From: Trueperaceae bacterium
Lineage (GTDB): Bacteria > Deinococcota > Deinococci > Deinococcales > Trueperaceae
Length of the DNA: 64,000 nucleotides
Direction: 5' to 3'
Assembly: GCA_034521815.1 (NCBI GenBank)
Contig: JAXHLW010000001.1
Coordinates: 128,001-192,000 of the forward strand
The translations under genes were made by a program, and so were the position numbers. Below the pieces are notes generated by a model. It was not told the DNA's origin. It ran no database searches and saw nothing but the letters and a program-made list of their open reading frames with translations. This document shows, one piece after another, positions 54,745 to 64,000 of the stretch. Every line of letters starts with the position of its first letter. The first letter of the stretch is position 1.

Positions 54745-56379
54745 GTGAACCGCATCGCCATGCTGGGGGGCTTGATCGCAGGTCTGGGGTTCTTCTTCCT
54801 GCCCATTCTCAACCTCAAGCCGAACCGCCTCGCCTCGGGCACGAGCTTCAACCTGCTCGAGTTCCAAGGCGACGATCGTTATCTGATTCTTTTCATCCTC
54901 GCCCTCGTTCCGCTCGCGCTCGCGTTCCGGGACGAGCTCGGAAGTCGTGGCTGGCTCCTCGTCGGCACCGGCTCGATGCTGTTCCTGCTGACGCTGATCC
55001 TGCCGGCCATGGCCGGCAGGATGCTTCTGCTGGACCCCGAGCCGTACCTGTCCGGCGGCGCGTTCATCCGCAACCCCCGGATCCTGCCCTCCGGCGGCTT
55101 CGCCCTGGGCCTGGTCGGCGCGTACGTGACGATCTTCGCCGGCGTGCGCGACCTGGCGCGCGCGGGCGCGCAGTCGTGGCTGCAGACGGTGGCCACCTGG
55201 TTCGCGCCTGCCGTGGCCGTGGTTCTGCTGCTCAACGGCACCTTCGACGTCTACTCGATCCTCGTCGAGTTCTACGCCAACGGCGCTGCGCTGGAGCAGA
55301 AGTTCGTCGAGCACCTCATGTTCGTGGGCATTTCGCTCCTCGTCGGCTTCGTCATCGGCGTCGGCCTGGGCCTCTGGGCGTCGCGTGACGAGCGGGTGGC
55401 GCCGATCATCCTCTACGCGGTCGGCATCATCCAGACGATCCCGTCGCTCGCGCTGTTCGGGGTGTTGCTCGTGCCGCTCGCCACGCTCGGCAGTATGGCG
55501 TTCCTGCCCGTCGCCGCGTTCTTCGGCGTCTCGGCGGTCATCGCGATCGCGATCGGCGCCTCGTACGTGGTCCTGGCCGACCGCGAGCCCGCCCAGCTCC
55601 GCATCGTGCACCTGCTGGCGACCGCGCTGAGCGCGGCCGTGCCGCTGGCGCTGTTCGTCGGCGTGCTGGTCAGCTTCGTGTTCCAGCTCGCCAGCATCGG
55701 CTTCACAAGCGGTGACTACGGCGGCACCACCTCGGCGATCGGCAGCCTGGTGCTCGCCGCGATCGTCGCCTGGGTCGTGGGTCGCTGGATGGTGGCGCCC
55801 GACGGCCGGCTGCGTCGAGTCCTGCGCTGGGCGAACTGGGCCCTGAGCGGGGCGGCGGTCGTCGGCGTGATCGTGCTGTTCGTGCAGGCCTCGGGCTCCA
55901 GCCGCGCGTTGGGCGGGGTCGAGTCGCTCCAGGCCCTCACGATCCGCGATCTGGGCGTGTCGGGCATCGGGGTCGCGCCGGCGCTGATCGCCTTGACGCT
56001 CTACTCCCTCCTGCCGCTGGTCCGAAACACCTACGCCGGCCTGAACAACGTCGACAACGCCATCATCGACTCGGGTCGCGGCATGGGCATGACGCCCTCG
56101 CAGCGGTTCATGCAGATCGAGCTTCCCCTGGCGTTCCCGGTCATCATGGCCGGCGTGCGCAACGCCGGCGTCGCCCTCGTCGGCATCGGAACGGTCGCGA
56201 CGGTCATCGGCGCCGGCGGGCTCGGCGACTTCGTGATCCAGGGCATCGTGAACACGTCCATCGACCAGATTCTGCTCGGCGCCATCCCGGCGATCGGCCT
56301 GGCGCTGGTGCTCGACGCGGGACTCCGTGGCGTCGAGGGCCTGCTGACCTCGCCCGGCATCAAGCAGGTGCAGAGCTGA
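54745..56379 (+). CDS. Osmoprotectant ABC permease with extra TM segments
   Basis: PNRLASG, IQTIPSLALFG, DSGRGMGMT, IGAGGLG. Confidence 0.88.
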   Translation: MNRIAMLGGLIAGLGFFFLPILNLKPNRLASGTSFNLLEFQGDDRYLILFILALVPLALAFRDELGSRGWLLVGTGSMLFLLTLILPAMAGRMLLLDPEPYLSGGAFIRNPRILPSGGFALGLVGAYVTIFAGVRDLARAGAQSWLQTVATWFAPAVAVVLLLNGTFDVYSILVEFYANGAALEQKFVEHLMFVGISLLVGFVIGVGLGLWASRDERVAPIILYAVGIIQTIPSLALFGVLLVPLATLGSMAFLPVAAFFGVSAVIAIAIGASYVVLADREPAQLRIVHLLATALSAAVPLALFVGVLVSFVFQLASIGFTSGDYGGTTSAIGSLVLAAIVAWVVGRWMVAPDGRLRRVLRWANWALSGAAVVGVIVLFVQASGSSRALGGVESLQALTIRDLGVSGIGVAPALIALTLYSLLPLVRNTYAGLNNVDNAIIDSGRGMGMTPSQRFMQIELPLAFPVIMAGVRNAGVALVGIGTVATVIGAGGLGDFVIQGIVNTSIDQILLGAIPAIGLALVLDAGLRGVEGLLTSPGIKQVQS

Positions 56380-56395
56380 TGCGAAAGGAGTCCTC

Positions 56396-57533
56396 GTGAT
56401 CGAGTTCCAGAACGTCGGCAAGCGGTTCCCCGACGGCTTCCAGGCCGTCAAGGCACTGGACCTCACGGTCCACGACGGCGAGATCTGCGTCTTCATCGGA
56501 CCGTCCGGCTGCGGCAAGACGACCTCGATGCGGATGGTGAACCGGCTCCTGTCGATCACCGAAGGCAAGATCATGGTGGACGGTCGCGACAATCGCGAGT
56601 TTCCCGCCGAGGAGCTGCGCCGAAAGATCGGCTACGCCATCCAGCAGATCGGCCTGTTCCCGCACTTCACCGTGCTGGACAACATCGCCGTCGTTCCCCG
56701 CATGCTGGGGTGGGACGAGACCCGCATCCGCAAGCGGGTCGACGAGCTGCTCGACCTCGTCGGGCTCGATCCCGACATCAACCGCGACAAGTACCCGCGC
56801 CAGCTCTCGGGCGGTCAGCAGCAGCGCGTCGGCGTGGCCCGCGCACTCGGAGCGGACCCGCCCATCATGTTGATGGACGAGCCGTTCGGAGCGATCGACC
56901 CGATCACCCGCGAGGTGCTCCAAGAGGAGTTCCTGCAGATCCAGAAGGAGATCAGCAAGACGATCATCTTCGTCACGCACGACATCGACGAGGCGATCAA
57001 GATGGGCGACCGGATCGCCATCCTGCGCGACGGATCGCTGGAGCAGTACGACACGCCGGACAACATCCTGGCCCACCCGAAGGATCGTTTCGTCCGCGAC
57101 TTCGTCGGGTCGGATCGGTCGCTCAAGCGACTCGGACTCATCCGCGTCCACGAGCTGATGGATCCCGACCTGCTGCCCACCGTGCGTCTGCGCGACAGCG
57201 TCGAGCACGCCAAGAAGGTCATCGCCGAATACAAGGTGCGAAGCGCATTCGTGGTCGACGAGGACGGCATGCTCAAGGGCTGGGTCGACATGGACGGCAT
57301 CCGTCAGAGCCCGAACAGCCTGGTCGACGCGATGATGGAGGCCGATTTCAACGAGATCGGCGTCCGCAAGAACCAGACCGCCCGCGAGGCGCTGTCGGCC
57401 ATGGTCGCCCGCAGCTTCCGCATCACGCCGGTCGTCGACCGCAAGGGCCAGCTTGCTCGGCAGCATCACCCTGAAGTCGCTCCAGGAGCTCGCGGAGCAG
57501 GGCTGGGCCGACGAGGACGCGGGGACGTCGTGA
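56396..57533 (+). CDS. Osmoprotectant ABC ATPase with CBS domains; frameshift near 57453
   Basis: GPSGCGKTT, LSGGQQQRVG, MDEPFGAID. Removing one T at 57453-57454 gives VVDRKGQLLGSITLKSL...TGA 57531-57533, overlapping the next GTG. Confidence 0.88.
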
Positions 57534-58639
57534 GCTGGACGCGGGTACCGGGCGTCGCCTCGCTGGCCTGGCTGGTGCTGGCGGGCGCGTTGTTCGCGCT
57601 GCAGACGGTGCAGGTCGGCATCACCGACCCCGAGCTCTTCGAAAGGGTGGGCGAGACCGCGCCGCTGATTCCCGACGTGTGGCTGCCGCTGTTCGGGCTC
57701 AGCAGCTCGACGGTCCTGGATATGCAGGCCAGCAACGACATGCGTGTCCTCGGCTTCGGGCTGTTCGACGCCGAGACCGACGCCGAGGCGGCGTTGGGGG
57801 CGACGACGGTGAGCGTCGCGCTCGGCTGGTTCGCCCTGCTCATGGCGGTGCTCGAGGGGTTCTTGGCGTGGGTCTTCCGAAACCGCGAGGAGAAGCTGGT
57901 CCGGCCCCTCGTCCGGGCGGCGGGCATCTTCGTGATGATCTGGTCGTTCTACGGTCACGAGCCGATCTGGGACTGGATGCTCCACGGCCTGTTCCCGACC
58001 AGCCCCGACCTGCTGTACAACTCGAACACCCTGATCAGCCTGGCGGCCCAGCACTTGGAGCTGGTGATCGTCTCGTCGATCATCACCATCACCCTCGGTC
58101 TCGTCCTGGGCATCGCGGTGACGCGCGCCACCTTCCGCGAGTTCCTGCCGCTCGTGAGCGACGTCGTGAACTCCGGACAGACGGTGCCGACGCTGGCGAT
58201 CATCGCGATCATGGCGCCGATCATCGGCTTCGGATTCTGGCCCGCGATCGTGGCGCTGATCCTCTACGGCCTGCTGCCGATCGTGCGCAACACGATCGTC
58301 GGCCTCGAAGGGATCGATCCGGCGCTGATCGACGCGGCCAAGGGAATGGGCATGACGCCCACGCAGGTGCTCTGGCAGATCGAGGTCCCCAACGCCTCGA
58401 GCATCATCCTGGCGGGCGTTCGCACCAGCGTGGTGATCAACGTCGGAACGGCCGCGCTCGGCGCTTACGTGGGGTCTGGCGGTCTGGGCAATCCGATCGC
58501 GTCGGGACTGAACCAGTCGATCAGCCCGTGGGTGCTGCTCGGGGCGCTGGCCGCCGCGCTGCTCGCCATTCTGCTGGACTACATTCTGAGCAGCGTCGAG
58601 TACGTGATGACGCCGAAGGGGCTGCAGATCGAGCAGTGA
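57530..58639 (+). CDS. Osmoprotectant ABC permease
   Basis: GQTVPTLA, LLPIVRNT, DAAKGMGMT, GSGGLG. Confidence 0.88.
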   Translation: MSWTRVPGVASLAWLVLAGALFALQTVQVGITDPELFERVGETAPLIPDVWLPLFGLSSSTVLDMQASNDMRVLGFGLFDAETDAEAALGATTVSVALGWFALLMAVLEGFLAWVFRNREEKLVRPLVRAAGIFVMIWSFYGHEPIWDWMLHGLFPTSPDLLYNSNTLISLAAQHLELVIVSSIITITLGLVLGIAVTRATFREFLPLVSDVVNSGQTVPTLAIIAIMAPIIGFGFWPAIVALILYGLLPIVRNTIVGLEGIDPALIDAAKGMGMTPTQVLWQIEVPNASSIILAGVRTSVVINVGTAALGAYVGSGGLGNPIASGLNQSISPWVLLGALAAALLAILLDYILSSVEYVMTPKGLQIEQ

Positions 58640-58667
58640 GCCGGGCGTAACGGAACACGCGAAGGCG

Positions 58668-58678
58668 TGTGCTAGACT
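58668..58678 (+). promoter_or_regulatory. Extended -10 promoter element upstream of gfh1
   Basis: TGTGC-TAGACT. Confidence 0.5.
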
Positions 58679-58768
58679 TCCTTAAACACCGGAACCGCGC
58701 GCGCTTGCTCCCTTCCGGGAGCAAGCCGCTTCCATACGGCTCATCCGGGCTCTGAAAGGGGTCACGCC

Positions 58769-59237
58769 ATGGCACGGGAAGTCCGCGTCACCAAGGAAGG
58801 CTACGAGCGCCTGCAGCAGCGCGTCACGAACGAACGGGAGCGTCTCGACGAGGCGACCCGCATCTTGCGCGAGCTGTCCGGCACCAGCGACGACTACGAC
58901 GACACCGGCCTCGAAGAGGCCAAGCGAGAGAAGATCGCGATCGAGGACCGGCTCGACGATCTCGAGGACCAGTTCTCCCGCGCCGTGATCATCGAAGACC
59001 ACGACATGGACTCCGTCGAGCTCGGTGCCCTGGTCCGGCTCGAAGGCGAGGACGGCGATGCGTTCGTCGTCCAGGTCGTCGCGCCGGTCGAGGCCGGGCG
59101 TGCTCGACGGCGACGTGCCGCACATCTCCGACGAGTCGCCGATGGGCAAGGCCCTGCTGGGCAGAAAGCCCGGCGAGAAGGTCCAGGTCGTCACGGAGGA
59201 CCGGTCCGCGAGCTACACGATCGTCGCGATCGAGTGA
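58769..59237 (+). CDS. gfh1: Gre-family transcription factor Gfh1; frameshift near 59096
   Basis: MAREVRVTKEGYERL...SDDYDDTGLEEAK, the acidic DDYDD tip typical of Thermus Gfh1. Removing one G at 59096-59098 joins ISDESPMGKALLG...IVAIE. Confidence 0.85.
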
Positions 59238-59293
59238 GGGCGTCGTGGCTGCCGGACGCGGCTCGGCGTCCGGCAGCCGCTATCCTAGACCGC

Positions 59294-60784
59294 ATGTCGC
59301 AAACGTCCTTAGGGGAACAACGCCAGCAGCGGCTTCGCAACCTCGCGAGCCTGGTCGAGCGCGGGTTCGAGCCGTACCCGTACGGCTATCGCGCGACGCA
59401 TACCGCAGCGGAGCTGCACGACGACCATCCAGGTGCCGCCCCCGGAACGTCGTGGGACGCGCCCGTCGTCACCGTCGCCGGGCGCGCGATGACGATTCGT
59501 GGCATGGGCAAGGTCACGTTCGTGACGATTCAGGACGCCACGGGCCGAATTCAGGCGTACTTCCAGAGGGACTCGCTCGAGCGCTACGCGGCCCTGAAGA
59601 AGGTGGACCTGGGCGACTGGCTCGAGGTCACCGGAACGTTGTTCGTCACGAAGACCGGCGAGCTCACGGTGGACGCGACCGCGTTCCGGCCGCTCGCCAA
59701 GAGTCTGCGCCCCCTTCCCGACAAGTTCCACGGCCTGACCGACAAGGAGCAGCGCTACCGCCAGCGCTACCTGGACCTGATGACCGACCCGGGGGTCCAG
59801 CGGACGTTCGCGCTGCGGAGTCGCATGGTGGCCAGGATCCGGCGCTACCTCGACGAGCTCGGCTTCCTGGAGGTCGAGACGCCGGTGCTGCAGTCCGTTC
59901 CCGGTGGCGCCGAGGCCCGTCCGTTCACGACGCACCACAACGCCCTGGACCACGACTTCCACCTGCGAATCAGCCTGGAGCTGCATCTCAAGCGACTGAT
60001 CGTGGGCGGGTTCGACGCCGTGTTCGAGATCGGACGCAACTTCCGAAACGAAGGGATCAGCCACAAGCACAACCCCGAGTACACGATGCTGGAGCTGTAC
60101 TGGGCGGGACGGGACTACCTGGACGTCCTGGAGCTGGTCGAGGACCTGTACGCGACCGTCGTGCGCGACCTGGTCGGCGGTACGAAGCTCGTCTGGCAGG
60201 GCGTCGAGCTGGACTTCGCGCCGCCGTGGCCGCGGATCGACTACACCGGCGAGCTCGCCGCCCGCTCGGGGATGGACTGCGACCCGCTGGACGAGCCCGC
60301 CCTGCGGGCCTGGGTCGCGCGGGAGCTCGGAGACGCGCGCGACGACGAGGGGCCGTGGAGCGAGAAGCCGCTGAATCAGCTCTACGACAAGCTGTACGAC
60401 CGCTTCGTCGAGCCGCACGTGGTCGGCCCGGCGTTCGTGATGGACCATCCGCTGGCGATCAGCCCGCTCGCGAAGGAGCATCGCACCCGTCCGGGCCTCG
60501 TCGAGCGATTCGAGCCGGTCGCGGTGGGGATGGAGCTCGGCAACGCCTTCAGCGAGCTGAACGATCCGCTGGAGCAGCGTCGCCGCTTCGAGCGTCAGAT
60601 GGAGCTGCGCGCCGACGGTGACGAGGAGGCGATGCGCTTGGACGAGGACTTCCTCACGGCGCTCGAGTACGGCATGCCGCCCACCGGAGGTCTTGGACTG
60701 GGCATCGATCGGTTCGCGATGCTGCTGGCCGACGTGCCCAGCATTCGCGACGTGATCCTCTTCCCGCTTCTGAGGCCCGAGTAG
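59294..60784 (+). CDS. lysS: Lysine--tRNA ligase (class II)
   Basis: PLPDKFHGL, RYRQRYLDL, EVETP, FRNEG...HNPEY, EYGMPPTGGLGLGIDR, DVILFP; TATCCT -10 box 7 nt before ATG. Confidence 0.97.
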   Translation: MSQTSLGEQRQQRLRNLASLVERGFEPYPYGYRATHTAAELHDDHPGAAPGTSWDAPVVTVAGRAMTIRGMGKVTFVTIQDATGRIQAYFQRDSLERYAALKKVDLGDWLEVTGTLFVTKTGELTVDATAFRPLAKSLRPLPDKFHGLTDKEQRYRQRYLDLMTDPGVQRTFALRSRMVARIRRYLDELGFLEVETPVLQSVPGGAEARPFTTHHNALDHDFHLRISLELHLKRLIVGGFDAVFEIGRNFRNEGISHKHNPEYTMLELYWAGRDYLDVLELVEDLYATVVRDLVGGTKLVWQGVELDFAPPWPRIDYTGELAARSGMDCDPLDEPALRAWVARELGDARDDEGPWSEKPLNQLYDKLYDRFVEPHVVGPAFVMDHPLAISPLAKEHRTRPGLVERFEPVAVGMELGNAFSELNDPLEQRRRFERQMELRADGDEEAMRLDEDFLTALEYGMPPTGGLGLGIDRFAMLLADVPSIRDVILFPLLRPE

Positions 60785-60788
60785 AGAC

Positions 60789-61046
60789 TCAGTCGCCCGA
60801 GGGCCCGCCATCCTCTCCGTCGTGATCCTGGCCGTCGTGATCCGCGCCGTGATGGTCCTCGTCGGCGTGGATCCGCGGCTGCGCGCGGTCCCAGATCAGA
60901 TGGTAGAGGCGGTCCTGCAACGCGGCTCGCTGCCGCTCGTCGAGCTCGCGATCCCGATCGATCTCGTGGAGCAGGTCACCGAGGTCCTCCACGCTCCAAG
61001 CCCCGCAGCGCGATACCAGGGTGTCGTACTCCCGAAAGCTCCCCAC
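60789..61046 (-). CDS. Small acidic hypothetical protein (~85 aa)
   Basis: GTG 61046 after a purine-rich stretch; helical-looking core and a DH-repeat tail; fills the gap between lysS and the GH13 gene. Confidence 0.45.
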   Translation of the reverse strand: MGSFREYDTLVSRCGAWSVEDLGDLLHEIDRDRELDERQRAALQDRLYHLIWDRAQPRIHADEDHHGADHDGQDHDGEDGGPSGD

Positions 61047-61142
61047 CGGTTTCCGCTCCCTTCCGCTGCGTGCGGCTCGCGCACAGCATAGGTACGGTCG
61101 GCAGCCGTCCCCCACGGGCAAAGGTCCCGGTAGGCTGACGCC

Positions 61143-62618
61143 ATGACGCGACGCCTTCGTTCGGACGAGCCGCCGGCCTGGATCGGCGACGCCGTGGTCT
61201 ACCAGATCTTCCCTGACCGCTTCGCGCGCAGCGACGCCGTGCCGAAGCCGGCCGGGTTGGAGCGGTGGGACGACGCCCCCACCACGTTCGGGTACAAGGG
61301 GGGCGACCTGATGGGGGTGGTCGAGCGCCTCGACCACCTGGGCGAGCTGGGCGTGAATGTGGTCTACCTCAATCCGATCTTTCAATCCGGAGCGAACCAT
61401 CGCTACCACACGCACGACCACCACCGAGTCGACCCGATGCTGGGCGGCGACGCGGCGTTCCACGCCCTGCGCGACGCGCTGCACGACCGGGGGATGCGGC
61501 TCGTGCTCGACGGCGTGTTCAACCACGCGAGCCGCGGGTTCCTGCAGTTCCACGACGTGCTCGAGAACGGGCGAGACTCGGCCTACCTCGACTGGTGGCA
61601 TATCGAGGGCTTTCCGCTGGACGCCTACGCGGAGGGCGACGCGGAGCACCGGTACGCGTCGTGGTGGGGCATGCCGGCGCTGCCGACGTTCAACGTCGCC
61701 ACGCCGGCCGTGCGGCGCCACCTGTGGGGCGTCGCGACGCGCTGGCTCGAGGAGGGTGCCGACGGCTGGCGACTCGACGTGCCCGAGGAGATCGACGACC
61801 GCTCGTTCTGGCGCGAGTTCCGGCGCCGTTGCCTGGAGGCTCGCAGCGACGCCTGGCTGGTGGGCGAGATCTGGGACGAGGGCGATTCGTGGGTCGGAGG
61901 CGATCCGTTCGACGGGACGAGCTACTATCCGCTGACCCGCGCGATCCTGGGGCTTCTGGGCCGCGCGCTCGACCACGACCTCGCGGCGAAGAGCGGGCTG
62001 GGCCGGATCGCTCCGCTGAGCGAGGCGACGTTCGCCGACCGGCTCCGCCGTCTGGTGACCGATCGCCCCGCGGCGGAGCGCGAGGCTCGCATGACGTTGT
62101 TGGGCTCGCACGACACGGCTCGGGTGCGGACGCTGCTGGGGGACGACCGGGCGGCCGTTCGGCAGGCGTACGGACTGCTGCTGGCGCTCCCGGGTGCGCC
62201 CTGCATCTACTACGGTGACGAGATCGGGTTGCAGGGGGGCCACGACCCGGCGAATCGCGGCACGTTCCCGTGGGACGCGCCGGACCGGTGGGACCGTGAG
62301 CTGCTTGGCGAGCTACGGGACAGGATCGCCGCCAGGAAGCGACACCTCGCGCTTCGCCGCGGCGAGACCGAGGTGCTGTGGGCCCGGGACGGGCTGCTTT
62401 GGCTGGGCCGCGAGGCGGGGGACGAGCAGGCGATCGTGGTGGTACGACTGCCGGACGACGCCGCGCCGCCGGAGGCCGGGTCGGTGGAGCTTCCACCCCG
62501 CCTGCGCGGGCGCTGGTCGTCGGTGCTGGGCGGCGGGGGCTTCGAGGTGGAGCAGGACGGCCGGGTGCGGGGCGATCCGATCGCTGGGCGGAGCACGTCC
62601 TGGTTCGTTCGGCGCTGA
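61143..62618 (+). CDS. GH13 neopullulanase/cyclomaltodextrinase-type glycosidase
   Basis: YQIFPDRF, GGDL, YLNPIF, DGVFNH, DGWRLDVP, GEIW, GSHDT, YYGDEIG. Confidence 0.93.
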   Translation: MTRRLRSDEPPAWIGDAVVYQIFPDRFARSDAVPKPAGLERWDDAPTTFGYKGGDLMGVVERLDHLGELGVNVVYLNPIFQSGANHRYHTHDHHRVDPMLGGDAAFHALRDALHDRGMRLVLDGVFNHASRGFLQFHDVLENGRDSAYLDWWHIEGFPLDAYAEGDAEHRYASWWGMPALPTFNVATPAVRRHLWGVATRWLEEGADGWRLDVPEEIDDRSFWREFRRRCLEARSDAWLVGEIWDEGDSWVGGDPFDGTSYYPLTRAILGLLGRALDHDLAAKSGLGRIAPLSEATFADRLRRLVTDRPAAEREARMTLLGSHDTARVRTLLGDDRAAVRQAYGLLLALPGAPCIYYGDEIGLQGGHDPANRGTFPWDAPDRWDRELLGELRDRIAARKRHLALRRGETEVLWARDGLLWLGREAGDEQAIVVVRLPDDAAPPEAGSVELPPRLRGRWSSVLGGGGFEVEQDGRVRGDPIAGRSTSWFVRR

Positions 62619-62871
62619 GCGACGGGCCGCGTGGCGAGGTGCATTTGCGACGGCACGCCGGCGCCCCTCGCGCTAGGGTGCGGTCAGGGCGCCGGCGTAC
62701 TGCCTCCCAGCAGGGGCCGATGGACGGTCCGTCCGTCGGCATTTCCGAACCGCTCGCCCATCCTCGAACGGATCCGGTACGGTCCCGGCGCCCCTATCTT
62801 GATCCGTCGCGCTCGAAGACGATGCGAACCATTTCCCACTCGGGGCCGAGGGGGTCGCCACGGCGGCCTCC

Positions 62872-63225
62872 TCAGCCGCCGACGGGGGTGAGCGCCTCCG
62901 CGTCCTGCTCGCCGGTTCGGATGCGGACGACCCGCTCGAGCGGCTGGATGAAGATCTTTCCGTCGCCGACGTTCCCTGTCCGGGCCGCCTTGACCAGCGC
63001 CTCGACGGCGGGATCGACGAACGGCTCGGACACCGCGATCTGGATCTGGACCTTCTCGTGGAACTCGACGACGTACGGGCTGCCGCGGTAGGTCTCGACG
63101 ATGCCGCCTTGGCCGCCGTGACCGCTGACGCGCGAGATGGTGATGCCGCGCACGCCGGCTGCGAACAGCGACTCCTTCACGGCGGGAAGGCGTTCGGGAC
63201 GGATGACGGCGGTGATCAGCTTCAT
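62872..63225 (-). CDS. glnK: P-II nitrogen regulatory protein
   Basis: MKLITAVIRP, YRG T-loop, TGNVGDGKIF, RIRTGE; directly downstream of amtB. Confidence 0.92.
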   Translation of the reverse strand: MKLITAVIRPERLPAVKESLFAAGVRGITISRVSGHGGQGGIVETYRGSPYVVEFHEKVQIQIAVSEPFVDPAVEALVKAARTGNVGDGKIFIQPLERVVRIRTGEQDAEALTPVGG

Positions 63226-63236
63226 CACGATGCTCC

Positions 63237-64000
63237 TCAGTCGCCCGCGCCGACCACGATGGGATCGCGCAGGCGGTCTTCGCTGCTGTAGCCGGGCAGG
63301 CCGTGCTCGACGATGTCGAGGCCCTGCACCTCTTCGTTGGGACTCACGCGGATACCGATCGTGACCTTCAGGGCGAGGAAGACGAGGTAGCCGGCGACGA
63401 ACGCGCCGGCGCCGTACGACAACGCGCCGAGCAGCTGCACGCCGAGGTTCGCGCCGCCGAACACGCCGACGGCGGCGGTGCCCCACAGGCCCGCGACGCC
63501 GTGGACGCTGATCGCGCCGACCGGATCGTCGACGTGCAGGCGGTCGAACATCACGACGCTGCCGACGACCAGGGCGCCCCCGATCGCCCCGGCCGCCACG
63601 GCGGACAGGCCGGTGACGACGTCGGGGCCGGCGGTGATCGACACCAGCCCGCCCAGCACCCCGTTGATCGTCATCGAGATGTCGGGCTTCTTGAACAGCC
63701 CCCAGCTCACCAGCAGGGCGGCGACGCCGCCGGCGGCCGCGGCGAGGTTGGTATGGAGGAAGATGTCGGCCACCGCGGTGGCGTCGGCCTGGCTGGAGAA
63801 CGCCAGCTGCGAGCCGCCGTTGAAGCCGAACCAGCCGATCCAGAGCAGGAACAGGCCCAGCCCGGCGTACGCCAGGTTGTGTCCGGGCATGGCGATCGCG
63901 CGTCCACCAGCGTAGCGGCCCAGCCGCGGACCGATGGCCAGAACGGCGCCCAGCGCGGCGAACCCTCCGACCGCGTGCACGACCGACGAGCCGGCGAAGT
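63237..64000 (-). CDS. amtB: Ammonium transporter, 3' part
   Basis: FAGSSVVH, GPRLG, LWIGWFGFNGGS, NGVLGGLVSIT, DDPVGAISVHG, EEVQGLD; truncated by the window edge. Confidence 0.95.
   Translation of the reverse strand, partial: FAGSSVVHAVGGFAALGAVLAIGPRLGRYAGGRAIAMPGHNLAYAGLGLFLLWIGWFGFNGGSQLAFSSQADATAVADIFLHTNLAAAAGGVAALLVSWGLFKKPDISMTINGVLGGLVSITAGPDVVTGLSAVAAGAIGGALVVGSVVMFDRLHVDDPVGAISVHGVAGLWGTAAVGVFGGANLGVQLLGALSYGAGAFVAGYLVFLALKVTIGIRVSPNEEVQGLDIVEHGLPGYSSEDRLRDPIVVGAGD

Noticed and set aside
56396-58639. 747-aa ABC ATPase-permease fusion
   Set aside because: Removing one T at 57453-57454 restores the CBS motif and a GTGA stop/start overlap at 57530-57533.
58769-60784. 671-aa Gfh1/GreA-LysRS fusion in the ORF track
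   Set aside because: One extra G at 59096-59098 explains it. The Gfh1 C-terminal domain is intact in another frame, and lysS has its own -10 box and ATG.
62619-62871. Possible ncRNA or small gene between the GH13 gene and glnK
   Set aside because: Only one GC hairpin (ACGCCGGCGCCC/GGGCGCCGGCGT), consistent with a terminator between convergent genes; no promoter or convincing ORF.

Overview
A very GC-rich bacterial chromosomal window, most likely Deinococcota (Truepera-like). The assignment rests on a Thermus-type gfh1-lysS pair, a ddrH-like gene, a 23S-5S-tRNA-Gly operon with no linked 16S, and many apparently leaderless genes. The first ~21 kb is unusually rich in DNA-processing genes: an SRAP/YedK fragment, uvrC, an MrfA/Hrq1-family helicase with an inserted HNH domain, an MrfB-like exonuclease, a SprT-like metalloprotease, a DnaQ-like exonuclease, an Mre11/Rad50-like (YhaO/YhaN-type) pair and an AddB/AddA-like pair. 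The remainder is mostly housekeeping and metabolism: a sulfite dehydrogenase-cytochrome c-MOSC-moaA-moaE operon, two osmoprotectant ABC systems, PFOR (nifJ) with a DHOD-like partner, a lytic transglycosylase, a GH13 enzyme and amtB-glnK. The best novelty candidates are (i) the helicase-HNH fusion and its repair neighbourhood, (ii) an orphan ~60-nt transcription unit at ~24.2 kb (rRNA-like promoter, duplicated 14-mer, intrinsic terminator), and (iii) a nested RNA structure at ~32.7 kb. Five genes carry single-base indels at homopolymers or tandem repeats, which are probably sequencing errors; two of these create false fusions in the ORF track. No CRISPR array, transposase or prophage was seen. 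All calls come from motif reading by eye, with no database search.
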